Below the pieces are notes generated by a model, which was given only the letters and a program-made list of their open reading frames with translations, searched no databases and was not told the DNA's origin. From Reclinomonas americana ATCC 50394 (lineage: Eukaryota): a DNA stretch of 51,131 nucleotides. The position numbers and the translations under genes are program-made. The DNA lies in assembly GCA_048213135.1 (NCBI GenBank), contig PS015133.1, forward strand, positions 138,167-189,297, in the 5' to 3' direction. Below, piece by piece: positions 1-12,769 of this stretch (position 1 is the first letter of the stretch; every line of letters begins with the position of its first letter).

Positions 1-3000
1 CGACCTGACGTTCCTCATGGAGCTCAACATCGGGCGCATCTTCTTCTCCAACGAGAACACGAGCGCCTACGACCCCTTCATCAAGCGTTCCGATTTGGAG
101 GTGTGCGGCGTGGAGTTCTCGCTCGAGACCATTGACTCGTCGTCCGAGGCCATTCGCGAGACCATCGAAGTGGTGCAGCCGGTGAATGTGAAAGTGTGGG
201 CCGTGGCGAAGCCGGCCTCGGTCCTCGGCTACCCGCACTTGCACGTCAGTGCCGACATTGACCGCATCCGAGGTACCTGGGTTGTGTTGGAAGTTCCCCT
301 TTCTCTCGCTAGTCGCCTCTTCTTACTTTGCCATTCGACAAGGTGTGCTCTCCATTCAAGTCTATGAGCGCCTCACCCACTCGATCGGCGGCTACATCGA
401 CGCGCTGTCCATGGACCAGTCGAAGGCGCCGCAGGAGAAGAAGTCAAAGAGCGAAATGTCACTCGATGTGATGGTGCACTTTATCGACTTTTCTCTGTGG
501 AGCGACTACGTGGCCGAGCTGGCGCTGTTCTACCTGCACACCAAGAACACGCATGCGTTTGCCAGTATTGGACCATGTTGCGTGGACGAGAAGCGAGAGA
601 GACGACAGAGAGAGAGAGAGAGAAGCAGGCAAGAGAATGCAAGACAGTGGCAAGAGGCTGCGAGGTGCTCAGAAGAGGAGAGAGAGACTGTTTAGAAGCG
701 AGAGTGACGAGGGAGAGAGAGAGAAGAGTATGCGTGTGCTTTCCCCCTTTTCGTCACTCGCTCACTCCCACCCTCTTCCTCCCCCCCCGTTGCGCAGCCG
801 GCATCAGCATCTCGGTGGACTCGAGCCTGGAGGTGCTGCTCAACAACCTCAACTTCAACATCCCGGAGCCGTTTATCGAGTCCTTCAATGTGGCGTTGGA
901 GGTGAAGAAGATTTCGGCCGCCGATCGCTCTCATCGCGCGCACGGCATCGTCATCACGGACACCGAGTCGGAGAGTCTNNNNNNNNNNNNNNNNNNNNNN
1001 NNNNNNNNNNNNNNNNNNNNNNNNNNNNNNNNNNNNNNNNNNNNNNNNNNNNNNNNNNNNNNNNNNNNNNNNNNNNNNNNNNNNNNNNNNNNNNNNNNNN
1101 NNNNNNNNNNNNNNNNNNNNNNNNNNNNNNNNNNNNNNNNNNNNNNNNNNNNNNNNNNNNNNNNNNNNNNNNNNNNNNNNNNNNNNNNNNNNNNNNNNNN
1201 NNNNNNNNNNNNNNNNNNNNNNNNNNNNNNNNNNNNNNNNNNNNNNNNNNNNNNNNNNNNNNNNNNNNNNNNNNNNNNNNNNNNNTGTGGGTTCCGGAAG
1301 TGGGCCAGCGACCGACAGCCCGAGTCGGTTGCAGATTGTTGGTGCGTTCGTTTGTGTGTGTCTCTCGGTAATCTCATGCGTTCCACCTCACCTTCTTTTT
1401 TCGTCCTTGTTGCAGTGCCGGAGAACGACGCTCGCGCGCTCTCACAACGTGCTGAAAACCAGCGCAAGCGCATTTTGCATTCTCGTGTGCTCTCCTCCAA
1501 CTCGCCGACCATGTCGCCGGCCTCCATGGCGACACCATCGGCGGCGGCCGGCATGGCCATGCAGCAGCTGTCGCCGGATACTCCCGTGCAGTACACCCAC
1601 TTTCGATTCCTGTTCAAGAACAGCACCGAAGAGGACATGTTGTTCAGCCAGACCGACTCGCAGAATCAATTCCGACTCAACTCTGGGTGCCAGTCGCCAT
1701 TCACGTTCCCGAATCCGTTCCTGCCAAAGCTTGTTGTTGCGTTTTGCAGCAGCACCTGCTCGTGACCTCTCACGCGACATGATGCTGACCCTCTTTTTGC
1801 AGGATTTCTGTATGAACGGCTGGTCACAAGTTTCACAACTCGAGGTGGAATATCCGGGCGTGGAGGAGCTCGTCGTATCCAGCTCGCCGTTCACCGCCAT
1901 GTTCTTCTCAACCACGGCCGCCGTGTCGACGGCGTCGGTTCCAACGACACCCGCTGGTGTGTGCCCTTGTATTATAGATGGTGCCTCTCTTGCTCATGTT
2001 TGACCCCCCCCCCCCTCCCCCCCTCTCTCTCTCACCCTCTTTCAGCATCGTCGGTGGTCGCATCCAACCGTCGCGTGTCACTGCACGCGGCTGGCAAGCG
2101 CGTGCAGCGTGGACACCACTCACGCGGCAATAGCGGCGGTGACGGCTCTGCCTCGCGCTCCATAATCGTGAATGTGGAAGTCAAAGGCATGCAGCGCTTT
2201 GTGGAGGTACATCGGTTGTTGCTGCCATGCTTGCCTGTTTGTGCGGTCGTCGCCCTTGTTGTTTACCCTCGCCTCGCCACGCAGTTCATGTCGTCGTTCG
2301 CGGCGGTGAACAAGACCGATGTGGAGATGCAGTTGCGCACGTACCGCCCAACTGGCGTGCCGCAAACCAACACCATTGTCCACGTGCCGCCTCTCGGTCA
2401 CGCACCGTTCTGCTACAACGAGAAGTGGCCGAATGTGCAGTACCAGCTCAAGCCCGCCGGCGAGTGGGAGTGGAGTCTGCCATTTTCGGTGGGTTCGAAA
2501 AAGTCCGACGTGCAGCTGCTGGTTGTGCGCAGCTCCGATCAGCTGCTGTGTCGCGAGTTCGCCGTCACCTGCCACCAGGACAAGCGCACCGGGCAGACGC
2601 GCGTGATTGTGGTGCCGCCGTTCACTATTTCCAACCGCGCCCCGTTCCCCGTGCATTTTTCGTTCCCCAACCGCGCCGAGTCTGAGTACCGTTTGTGCGA
2701 GTTGCCGCCGCTCTCTGTGAAGACGCTCTTTTTCACACCCGACGAGGAGCCATTCCGCCTGCGCATGGAGCAGTACGACACGTGGTCGCGTCCGATTTCG
2801 CTCAAGAAGCCAGGCACCTTTAACGTTCGCGTCTCGCGCAAGGTCTGGTCGTGGTTGTGCACTGGTGTCGCGCAAAACCCTAATAATAATGTCTCACTTG
2901 TTGATTTTCCAGACACCCACTGGCCAGTGGTTCAAGCAGCGACGACGCAGCGGCAGCATCACTGCCGCGTCGCTGTTATCGCCACAGGATGACCCCGAAG

Positions 3001-6000
3001 CGCACGGCAGCGAACTCCTGTCGCCGTTCACGACCCCACTGGCGAGCAGTAGCAGCGCTGCTGCTGCTGGTGGTTCGACTCCGTCGGCGGGTGTGGTGAT
3101 TGGCAGCGACGGCTCCGTGCTCGCGTGCAAGCGCGAGGGTCAGATTCTCGACGTTACAGTCGACCGGCCATCCGAAGAAGGCGGTCGCACCGTGATTGTG
3201 GAAGTGCCGATTGTGCTCATCAATCACACCAATATTGATGTGATGATTGAGCAGCGTGGGTACGATGCCGAGGCGCAGGTGGTCGCCAGTTACTCCGAGG
3301 CGCCGTTCTCGTCGGTGGTGCCGGGATACATTCTGCGAGTTGCGCAAAGGGGAAGGAACAGGGAGAGAGATGCGTACAGTTCCTGGAGTTTACTTACTTG
3401 CCGCGATTGATGTAGGCACGGGCTGTCCACGGTGGTTGGCAAACCAGTGCTCACGGATGGGGCGAGCCGTTCTCCATCGAGCTGCCGACAATGACGCCGG
3501 TGCGCATTCCGCTCTCTGCCAGCTCCGACACCGAGTACGAGATTCTCGTGCACGTGGTGTCGCGTGGCACGCGCGGTCGTACGGTGACGCTGACGCCTCG
3601 CTTCATGCTCTATAATCGCACGAGCATCAACCTGTTGGTAATTTTCGGTGAGCTCATTCTGCCCTGGTCTCGTTTTTTCGTCATTTTGCTCACTCTGGCA
3701 TATGCTCTTCTGCGTGCGCAGGCACGTTCCACACGCTGCTTCCGGCGCAATGCAACGAGGTTTGTTGTGTGGCCACCGATAACGCGTTCGTCACGGGTGA
3801 TCCGGAGGGCGGTGGGGAGTGGCAGGTGGTCGGCTTCAATGTCACCGACTCGAACGAGGCCATTGTGGAGCTGAACAACACGACCACGGACGCCAGCCAC
3901 ATGATTGCCGTGTCGGTGCGTAAATCCGACAGTGGCACCTCGATTACGCTGCTGGCGTCGCAGCATGCACCGTACGTGTTCTACAATCATACGCTGCGGG
4001 AGATCGAGCTGCGACAGACCACGCCACGACCACGCGTGCTGCGTTTGCCGCCGGGCACGTCGCGCAACTTTTTCTGGACGAATCTGTTGGACGATTTGCA
4101 CGTGCAGATCCGCAGGCGAAGCTTGGGTTCATCGGCCTCGCGCCCCAGTTCCACAATGCTGTCGTCGGCGGCGGTGGTCGTTGATGACGAGGGCGATGAT
4201 CGGCTTCTTGGTGACGGGTTGCGCAGCAGCTCGGCTGATGCGATGGATGGAGATGACGGCGCGATGGTGAGTGGGAGAAAAGGGAGGGAGAGTGAGAGAG
4301 GAAGGAGAGAAGAGAGAAAAAGGAGAGGGAGAGGGAGAGAGATGTGAGGAGTGGAAAAGAGAAAGTGACGGACTCGCAGTTTTGTTGTGTTACTCATGGT
4401 TTGTTTCCATATTGCAGGGTGTCGATCTCGAGCTGGAGGCTGGGTGGAGTGTTCCGTTTGTGGTCGACGAGCTGGGAGTGCTGGACATTGAATTTGAGGA
4501 GAGCGACGACATTATGTTGTCGAGTTGCGTGTTTCTTCCGACTGTCACCTGCAAAGTCATTTTGCCTGACGCCGTTGAATGCTTCCCACAGGACAACAAC
4601 TCGTCGCCGCCATTCATGCCGGGCAGCATTCAAAGATTGTGATCATTGCGCCACCGGAGGTTGCCGCAGGTCGGTCGCTCGAGGACCAGTTGGCCGACGT
4701 GCTCGGCGTGTCGAGCAAGACACTGAGTGCTGTCAAGGTGCGCGTGCCAAGCATCCAGTTGCAGCTGTTGCGTGACGACAAGGAGGAGATGCTGTGTGCC
4801 ACCATTTCGGATGTGCGTGGCAACTGGACACGACGCCCGCCGCAAGAGATTATGCACTTTTCGATTCAGGGTATGTGTTGCAGCTGCTGTGAAGCACTCT
4901 CTGCATATGTCTCACGTGGTGAGCGATTCTCCAGATGTGCAAATCGACAACATGCAACTCAACGCGGAAGACGAGGTGGTCTTGGCGTTCTCTCGCGACG
5001 ATTATCAGCACCTGCGGCCGAATTGTATCGAGCTACTGGTAGAGCGGTCGCTGTTTGATCAGTTCGAGTACATTCGGTGAGGGAAAGGGGAAGGAGAATG
5101 CGATAGAGATGCTTATGCTCTCGTGTCCATAGTCCTCTTCTGTGTGTGTCCATGTTCTAACCCTTCCCCCCCCCCCTTTTCTATCACCAGCTTCCTTGGC
5201 TTCCGCCTGCTGCCGCTGTCGATCCGCGTCGACGGCTTGGTGATTGACGCCATCATGGACTTGGTTCATGTGTTTGACGACGGCACGCAGCAGAGCTCGG
5301 ACGAAAGTGTCGATGTGTTGATGCTGGAGCCGCCGCCCATTGGCACCGTGGAGGGCAGCAAGCGTCTGTACTTTGAGCGCGTGGAGGTGATGCCACTCAA
5401 GCTGGCCGTCACTGTCGGTGCGNNNNNNNNNNNNNNNNNNNNNNNNNNNNNNNNNNNNNNNNNNNNNNNNNNNNNNNNNNNNNNNNNNNNNNNNNNNNNN
5501 NNNNNNNNNNNNNNNNNNNNNNNNNNNNNNNNNNNNNNNNNNNNNNNNNNNNNNNNNNNNNNNNNNNNNNNNNNNNNNNNNNNNNNNNNNNNNNNNNNNN
5601 NNNNNNNNNNNNNNNNNNNNNNNNNNNNNNNNNNNNNNNNNNNNNNNNNNNNNNNNNNNNNNNNNNNNNNNNNNNNNNNNNNNNNNNNNNNNNNNNNNNN
5701 NNNNNNNNNNNNNNNNNNNNNNNNNNNNNNNNNNNNNNNNNNNNNNNNNNNNNNNNNNNNNNNNNNNNNNNNNNNNNNNNNNNNNNNNNNNNNNNNNNNN
5801 NNNNNNNNNNNNNNNNNNNAACCGACTCGCCATTCCTGTTGTGCGTGAGCCAGTGATCATCCACCTCGACGAGTTCACCATGAACAACGAGCACGAGGAC
5901 GCCGCCTCGGCTGTCAATCGGTGCGTGTGTGTGTGTATGTGTGACCATCAACAGAAAACGCGCCTTGTCCTCTATATCTCACTGCGCCACAACTGTGCGC

Positions 6001-7192
6001 AGTGTCGTGCAACAATACACGAAGCGCGCGCTGCGACAAGTGGTGGTCATCCTCGCCTCGGTCGACTTCCTCGGCAGTCCAATGGGCGCGCTGAAGCTGT
6101 TGCGTGACGGCGTCAAGGACTTTATGTTTATGCCGTGGAACGGCTTGATGTACGACGACACACCCGGCTCGTTCTTGGGCGGTGTCCTGCGTGGCACCGG
6201 GTCGCTGCTGAAGCACTCGTCGGATGCGGCGCTGACCACCTTGGTCAAGGTCACACGCTCCTTCTCGCGCCTGGCCGCACGTGTCAGCCTACACGAGCAG
6301 TACTTTACGTACAAGCAGGAGATGGCGCGCAATCACCCGCGCAATGTGTTTGCCGGTGTGAAGCAGGGCACGCAAGAGTTGACGTCGGGCTTTTGGTTTG
6401 CGGCCAGTGGATTCGTGACGCAGACGAGAGAGGGCTGGAGGAGAGCCGGCTGGCGAGGTGCCAGCAAGGGTCTCGGCTATGCCGCCCTCGGCGCGCCCGT
6501 GAAGATTGCGTCGGGGTGTGTCGACTTTGTGAGCAAGATCCTGGAGAGCGTCAAGAACCAGACCGATCGAGAGCGCAAGGGCAAGCGACGTGTGCGCGAC
6601 CCGCTGGAGCGGCAGGAGCGGCAGGCTCGTGCAAAGGAGTTTTGCGTGTCGTTTGTGGAGAGCCGTGGCGAGCTGCCGGTGTTCTTCGACATGGTCCGCG
6701 TGGTGACATCGCGCGAGCACTTGCGCGATCGTGTGTTGGCGCTGTCGAACCAGTCGCTACGGTTCTTCAACCCCGAGCGCCTGAATCAGGAGACGCCCAC
6801 GGCCAACATGACCATTCCTATCAAGGACATTCGGCTGGTGGAGGCGCCGAAGAACTTGGAAATCAACTGCACGGTGCGTCTGTGCAGTTGCTCTTCCCAT
6901 TGCATTCTCACGCATTCTCACCTGTGCATCTTTTGCACGCTCGCAGCTGCACTTTACACGAGCCATCAGTGGGAAGCAGTTGGTGACCATGCGCACGGCG
7001 TCACGCGAGGAGTTTGTGGCGCAACTCGCCAAAGCCTACGAGGACGTGGACGGCTCGCGGCTGGAGGTCGAAACGGTACCCATGTACATTGGGTCAAGTG
7101 TCGCGCACGGCAGCGGCTCGGATGATGCTCTTGGCGGTCCGTCATCGCCCGTGCCCATTGGCGTCAAGGTCGACCGATTCGCCGAGTTGTAG
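1..7192 (+). CDS. VPS13: VPS13-family bridge-like lipid transfer protein, 3' portion (5' end outside window; multi-exon; two internal gaps)
   Basis: About 14 GT-AG introns join in frame. VAB/SHR-BD-like repeat starts are present (PFTISNRAPFPV, PIVLINHTNIDV, PRFMLYNRTSINL, APYVFYNHT). The C-terminal region has IQIDNM-like 'VQIDNMQ', 'LYFERVEVMPLKLAVT' and 'SVDFLGSPMGALKLLRDGVKDFMFMP', then a PH-like tail and TAG at 7190-7192. Paralog subtype not determined. Confidence 0.88.
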
Positions 7193-7273
7193 TAGTTCAC
7201 TATTTTTTATGTACAGGGGGGAGAGAGATAGATTACACGCACATAATACACGATACGATTAACTGTTTGGCAC

Positions 7274-8975
7274 CTAGCCGTGCGGAAAGCGACGCATGAG
7301 CGTGTTGGCATCCGCATCGGTGGCAACATGATGCACGGCAATGGTGGTGCGATCGGAGAGCGGCCGTGGGAAGGCCACTGTCGCCGCGCCGGGCATGTCG
7401 TGAATACGATCGTCGACAATGTGGTGCACCGGCAAGCGATGCCGCACAAACCACCACCCCGTCGTGCAGTCTTCCCACCCGTGCGTGTCCTCCACCGTCA
7501 ACTCGGCCTCGGCGATCCACAACACCAAGTCCATCGTGAGTGTGTACAGGGGGCCACCGGCGTGCATGTACACCTCGCGCTGGGGGCCACGCGAGGCCAT
7601 GCCCAGCGAACCCCAGTACAGGCGCACAGGTGGCAACAGATCCCGCTCACGCTCCAGTTTCACCGTGCGCACAAACGTGTCGGTGTCGCCCTTGCTGACG
7701 TACTGCACGGTGGTGTTGGCGAACTGCTGCGCCGCCCACACGAACCAGCGGTACGTCTTGCCACTCGATTGGTTCTCCTCGCACGGCAAGAACAGCATGT
7801 CGCCCTCGGCGGCCGCCTCGCGAGCGAGCTCCTCAACAAGGGAAGTGGCTGGGCGCGGCTGGCCGAGCACAAACATGACTTGCAGTGTGCCGTCGGGATT
7901 GCGCGTCGGATGGTACACATTCGGGTACTGCAGCCATGTGCGACGCGTGCGCCCACGACGCTCTCGCTCCGCGTCGTACGTGAACACGCCGATGACGTGC
8001 TTCACGCGAGGACCGAGTGCCGGTGGTGCGTGTGGTCCGTCTGTCGCACGCATGACTGATCGGTACCAGCGTGCGGCCGTCTTGGTGAGGGAGGAGAGCA
8101 CGATCTCGGAGGCCGCCGTTGCGTGGCGCACATTGGCGTGGCCACCACTGTCTGGGTCGCACAGGGGCGGCAAAGTACGATATGCGAAGATGCTGGTCAT
8201 CGGCGCAGTGGAAGCCATTGACAGCGAGTGGTGTCTGTCGGTCAGCAGGCGTTCGGTGGCGATGGGGAGGAGGGGTGGTTGGTGGGAGGAAGGGGCGGGG
8301 ACCTGGGTGGGAGGAAGGGAGCGAGAGAGAGTGAGAGTGAGTGAGAGGGAAGTGGGAGAAGGGTGAGAAATAGAGAGGAAACGAGGAGGAAAGCGACAGT
8401 GTGGAGAGAGAAGGTGTTCAAGGCACCTGCCACACACGTAGAGCGTGAAACAAAGAGAGAAGCGAGGGGAGAAGCGACTGTGCGGAGTGAAAAAGTGGTC
8501 AAAAACACTGCAAACTGAGACAGATACGAGAGAACGGGCGACTGAGTGGACAGGGACTGTGTTGAAATGGTTGCAAGCTGAGACGAGAAACAGAGTGACT
8601 GGTGGAGTGACAAAAGGGCTCAAACACACGTTGCAAACAGAGAGCGAGAACGGAAGGAGACACGAGAGAAACGGGGACTCTCATTGTGTATTCTCTCCTG
8701 TCGGTGGTTCCCTCTCCTCCTCTCTTCATTCGCCCTTCATCCTTGTCACTTGTAGCGACACTAAATCTCTCTCCTGACTACGTGGAGTGACAATGGGCTC
8801 AAACGCACGACGCCAACAGAGTGGAAGAAAGATCCAATCGACAGAGAGAGCAAGAGCCAGTGAACGAAGGATGATGCGACCGAACAGGGATACGGGTAAC
8901 AGAGAATGACGGTAGAGAAAGGGAGAACGAGGGGTGAAGAAAGTGAGCAAGGGACAAAACACGCAAGCAACGAGC

Positions 8976-9015
<40 letters not shown>

Positions 9016-11255
9016 AAGAAGAGCGAGACTAGTAAGTTGGAGGTACTTCGTCCTTAGAACACAGTCGGGCCTACTTGCTAGAAACGAGTGCTGACAAGTC
9101 AGCGATCGACCAGTGGCGCTGCACNNNNNNNNNNNNNNNNNNNNNNNNNNNNNNNNNNNNNNNNNNNNNNNNNNNNNNNNNNNNNNNNNNNNNNNNNNNN
9201 NNNNNNNNNNNNNNNNNNNNNNNNNNNNNNNNNNNNNNNNNNNNNNNNNNNNNNNNNNNNNNNNNNNNNNNNNNNNNNNNNNNNNNNNNNNNNNNNNNNN
9301 NNNNNNNNNNNNNNNNNNNNNNNNNNNNNNNNNNNNNNNNNNNNNNNNNNNNNNNNNNNNNNNNNNNNNNNNNNNNNNNNNNNNNNNNNNNNNNNNNNNN
9401 NNNNNNNNNNNNNNNNNNNNNNNNNNNNNNNNNNNNNNNNNNNNNNNNNNNNNNNNNNNNNNNNNNNNNNNNNNNNNNNNNNNNNNNNNNNNNNNNNNNN
9501 NNNNNNNNNNNNNNNNNNNNNNNNNNNNNNNNNNAGAGAGAGAGAGAGAGAGAGAGAGAGAACCAAGAAGAGCGAGACTGAATTGAGGACTTGCCTTGAA
9601 CACATGGGCCACTTGCTGAAACGAGTGCTGCAAGTCAGCGATGACCATGGCGCTGCACTGGAACACAAGACAGAGCACACACCTTGGCGTGCTGTGTTAA
9701 ATACTGGTCAACGATGACCATCATCACCTCGACCGCCGCCAGCATGTACTCGGTGTGCAAATCGGGAGAGAAGCGAGACGTGGGCACATTCCGGAGAGAC
9801 GAGGCAACTACACCGAAAAGAGAATCATGAGCTACAACTCTTCGTTCCGAGCCACGGTCCATTCATACCCTGATCGCGTAGGCTCAGCGGCCACACGGGA
9901 AGCAAGGCGAACCGAAAGGTATCGTCAAAATGAACAGTGTAGCGTATTATCGACAAGCCACCAGGCAGCGGAACTTGCACGTCAAATGGCGCCACTGGTA
10001 TGGCGACACCACGCACCAAATGCGAAGCGCGAGAGAGGAAAAACGGTGAAGGAGGAGGCAACTGTGAAAGCAAGACAAGTGAGCGAGAAACAACTTCACT
10101 CTCTGCCTCTCTCTCACACACACCGGCTTGTTCTCTGCGACTTCCTCCAACATGGCCTCGCGCAGCGCTGCTGAAAAGAAAGGACTGATGCGGTGCTCTG
10201 CCACCAGCTGGGGAACTGCGATGTGTTTCTGTGTGTGTGATCGCTCCATGCGCGAGAGCGCGCTTCTCCACTCTCTGTCATTACGCACCAAGTGCGTCGA
10301 CACCGGCTTGTAGTTCCTCATCCGTCGCACCAGGCACCGTGACTCTCACCTCACGTCCATCGATGAGGAGAGCGATTTCGCGAGACGGGACGGGGCGACT
10401 CTGCAGACGTGAGGGGAGAGGAATGAGGGAAGGATTGAGGGAAGGAGGAGAGAAGGAGGATGGAAGGAGGAGGGAAGGAGGAGGGAAGGAGAGGAGAGAA
10501 GGAGAGGAGAGAAGGAGAGGAGGGAAGGAGAGGAGGGAAGGAGAAGGGAAGGAGAAGGCAAGGAGGAGGCAAGGAGGAGGAGGCAAGGAGGAGGAGGCAA
10601 GGAGGAGGAGGCAAGGAGGAGGAGGCAAGGAGGAGGCAAGGAGGAGGCAAGGAAGGAAGAAACGGATGCAAGGGAGAGGGAAGAAGAAAGGAAGTGGCAC
10701 TTGAGACGGACGAGAGGGGGATAAGGCGCAGGCGAAACAATGAGGAGGACAAGACGAGAAGAGCGGGGGAGGCGAAAAGATGACGCCAGCGAGCAATCAC
10801 TCTTTCACTCACACTTGCATCAAGCGCAGCCCACAGCTGCTCAGCAGAGTTTCCAATAAGAAGCGCTATCTCCGACTGTGCGCTGCTCAAGTCGGGTCGC
10901 GACGCAATCAAGGCCTCGGCTGTGCGCATGCATGCACAATCACCGATGAATGAATGATTGCATGCATATACTCTCTCACACACACACACGCACGCACACA
11001 CTTTTCCCGCTCACCTGCCTCTCTTGCAGTCCTCCTGTCTGCCACTGACACCAGCAGTTTGCCTCCATCAAGCGAGTGGAGAGTGACATACGAGGTCTTC
11101 ATGAGCTGGAAGGGCCACAAGAAGCGGTTGTCGGCGGAACCATACGAATCCTCATCGGAAAAGTCTGCGTCCTCGGTGGCGGAGATGAGTGTGGTGGAGG
11201 AGAAGAAGAGGAGGAAGAGGAGGAGCAGGAAGAGTGAGGCACGATGGTGCCACAT
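7274..11255 (-). CDS. GT31-family (beta-1,3-galactosyltransferase-like) glycosyltransferase with N-terminal signal/anchor and long uncharacterised stem; predicted 618 aa
   Basis: The last exon (8302-7274) carries GT31 motifs RRGRTRRTW, VMFVLG, EGDMLFL..EN..GKT, YVSKGDTDTFV (DxD), LYWG, GGPLYTLT and GWEDCTTGWW. Upstream exons 11255-11015, 10919-10813, 10400-10289, 10207-10124, 9994-9869, 9807-9683 and 9627-9595 splice in phase and begin with MWHHRASLFLLLLLFLLFFSSTTLISA. The GT domain call is firm; the link across the 9125-9534 gap is inferred. Confidence 0.72.
10480..10660. repeat. Intronic purine/pyrimidine minisatellite, (GGAGGCAAGGAG/GGA)n
   Basis: Tandem GGAGGCAAGGAGGA units lie inside the 10812-10401 intron. 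Confidence 0.85.
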
Positions 11256-12069
11256 GCACTGAGCAATGAATATCCGATTCGGAGAGAGACGGGACGAACA
11301 ACCAATCGTGTACATGTGATGAACAAGCTCCACAACACCAATGAAGTGTAGTGTACACGCTCCAAGAGGGAAAACAAACACGGAGACTGCAACGTGCTTC
11401 ATTTCTCCGCTCGAGCTTGAAGCTCATCGGCGGCCTCGCGATCCACTCGAGCTCTTCCGAAGTCGACCCGTACGACAGAGGAATGGCTTGCGGAACCGGC
11501 ACAGCGGCCGGCTTCATTGCTTGCGCAGCGAGCAGTACATAGGAGAATCGAGATTGCGAAACGATGCTTGCGTTTCTGCGAGAGAAACCACGGCCACTGG
11601 CATAGGATCCACGCAGACAACGCAGCGGGTTCAACCCTTGTAGCAGACAGATGGTCATTGTCGGCAATTGCAAGGGATTTGTGGGTGTTTATCGCATTAT
11701 TGGAATGTGGTGAATGAAGTGTTTTGTTTGTTTTTACTCATTCCTGTCTGCCATTCTGTCACCAGCAAGTGTGAAAGACCTCGACGACCGACGCGTTCGG
11801 CTTCAGTATCGCACCCAGTATTGTGATGTTTCACTTTCCGTCTTTCTCTTTGGCAAGGCAGTGCCCCCTCAATTCCGTTGTCTCTCCTCATCTTCCATCC
11901 CCCCCACAGACAGTTGTTGAGTTGCAAGAGGACAGACAACGAGTTTTTCATTATCTTCAAAACATTCTCTCGAGCTCGTCATCATTATTGTTTGGATTAG
12001 GAGGGCAGTTAACACATGCACGTACTGCATGCTGTACAAGGAAAGCGCGCTGTTTGACGAGCTCACAAC

Positions 12070-12702
12070 TTAGTTGGCCGGGACCTTCTTGGTGCAGGCG
12101 ACGCCGTTGTCGTTCACCCACTTGTTGCAGGTGCAGATGTTGTTGCCGTCGCACTGGCAGTTGGTGTGGCACTTGCACACGCCGTCGACCGACGCCGTAG
12201 CACCGACGCAGTTGCCGTACAGGCCGCACACCTGCTCCTTGCCGAGCTTGCACGGGATCTCAGCCGGCACGCTGCAGTCGGCACCAGTCCAGCCCGGCTT
12301 GCAGGTGCAGGTCAGGTCGGGGTTGCAGTCGCCGTTGCTGGGGCCAGAGCAGTTCTTGGGGCAGTCGTTGCAGGTGCCGTTGGCGTTGGCGACGGGGGCG
12401 TTGTTGGGCGACACGGCGCTCCACTGCAGGGTGCACGGGGTGCCAATGGCGGCGGGGCAAGCGGTGTGGGAAGCCTGGCGGCACTGGTAGTGCGAGCCCC
12501 AGTTGCCGCTGGCGGTCGCCTGGCACTTGCCCGACACACACTTGGCGTTGGAGTCGACGGCCGCACCGGCCGAGTCACGGTAGTTGCCGCCCAGACAATT
12601 GGCGTCGGTGGAACACTTGCCGCCGCCGATAATGGCCGGAGGCGCGGCGAGGGCGAGGGCGAAGAGGGCGGTGAAAGCCACAACGGCGATGATGATCTTC
12701 AT
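12070..12702 (-). CDS. Secreted cysteine-rich protein with tenascin-type EGF-like module, 210 aa, intronless
   Basis: Signal peptide MKIIIAVVAFTALFALALA; EGF-like CPKNCSGPSNGDCNPDLTCTCKPGWTGADCS; strong GC3 bias; TAA stop. Confidence 0.9.
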   Translation of the reverse strand: MKIIIAVVAFTALFALALAAPPAIIGGGKCSTDANCLGGNYRDSAGAAVDSNAKCVSGKCQATASGNWGSHYQCRQASHTACPAAIGTPCTLQWSAVSPNNAPVANANGTCNDCPKNCSGPSNGDCNPDLTCTCKPGWTGADCSVPAEIPCKLGKEQVCGLYGNCVGATASVDGVCKCHTNCQCDGNNICTCNKWVNDNGVACTKKVPAN

Positions 12703-12769
12703 GGTGAGAGAGTGGGTTGGATGGATTGAGGGAAGAGGAGGAGGAGGTTCTCTTGGCTCTTGGAGGGCG

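Noticed and set aside
8390-8810. CRISPR-like repeat-spacer array
   Set aside because: Copies are highly degenerate and irregularly spaced, the context is a eukaryotic intron, and there are no cas genes.
9947-11255. Stand-alone secreted precursor ending in a cationic Cys peptide (WRHLTCKFRCLVACR)
   Set aside because: Acceptor 10207 leads through three further in-phase exons to the GT31 domain, which otherwise lacks an N-terminal anchor. Kept only as a possible isoform.
11341-11700. Short GC-rich ORFs between the GT31 and EGF-like genes
   Set aside because: No recognisable motif, consistent splice structure or codon bias.
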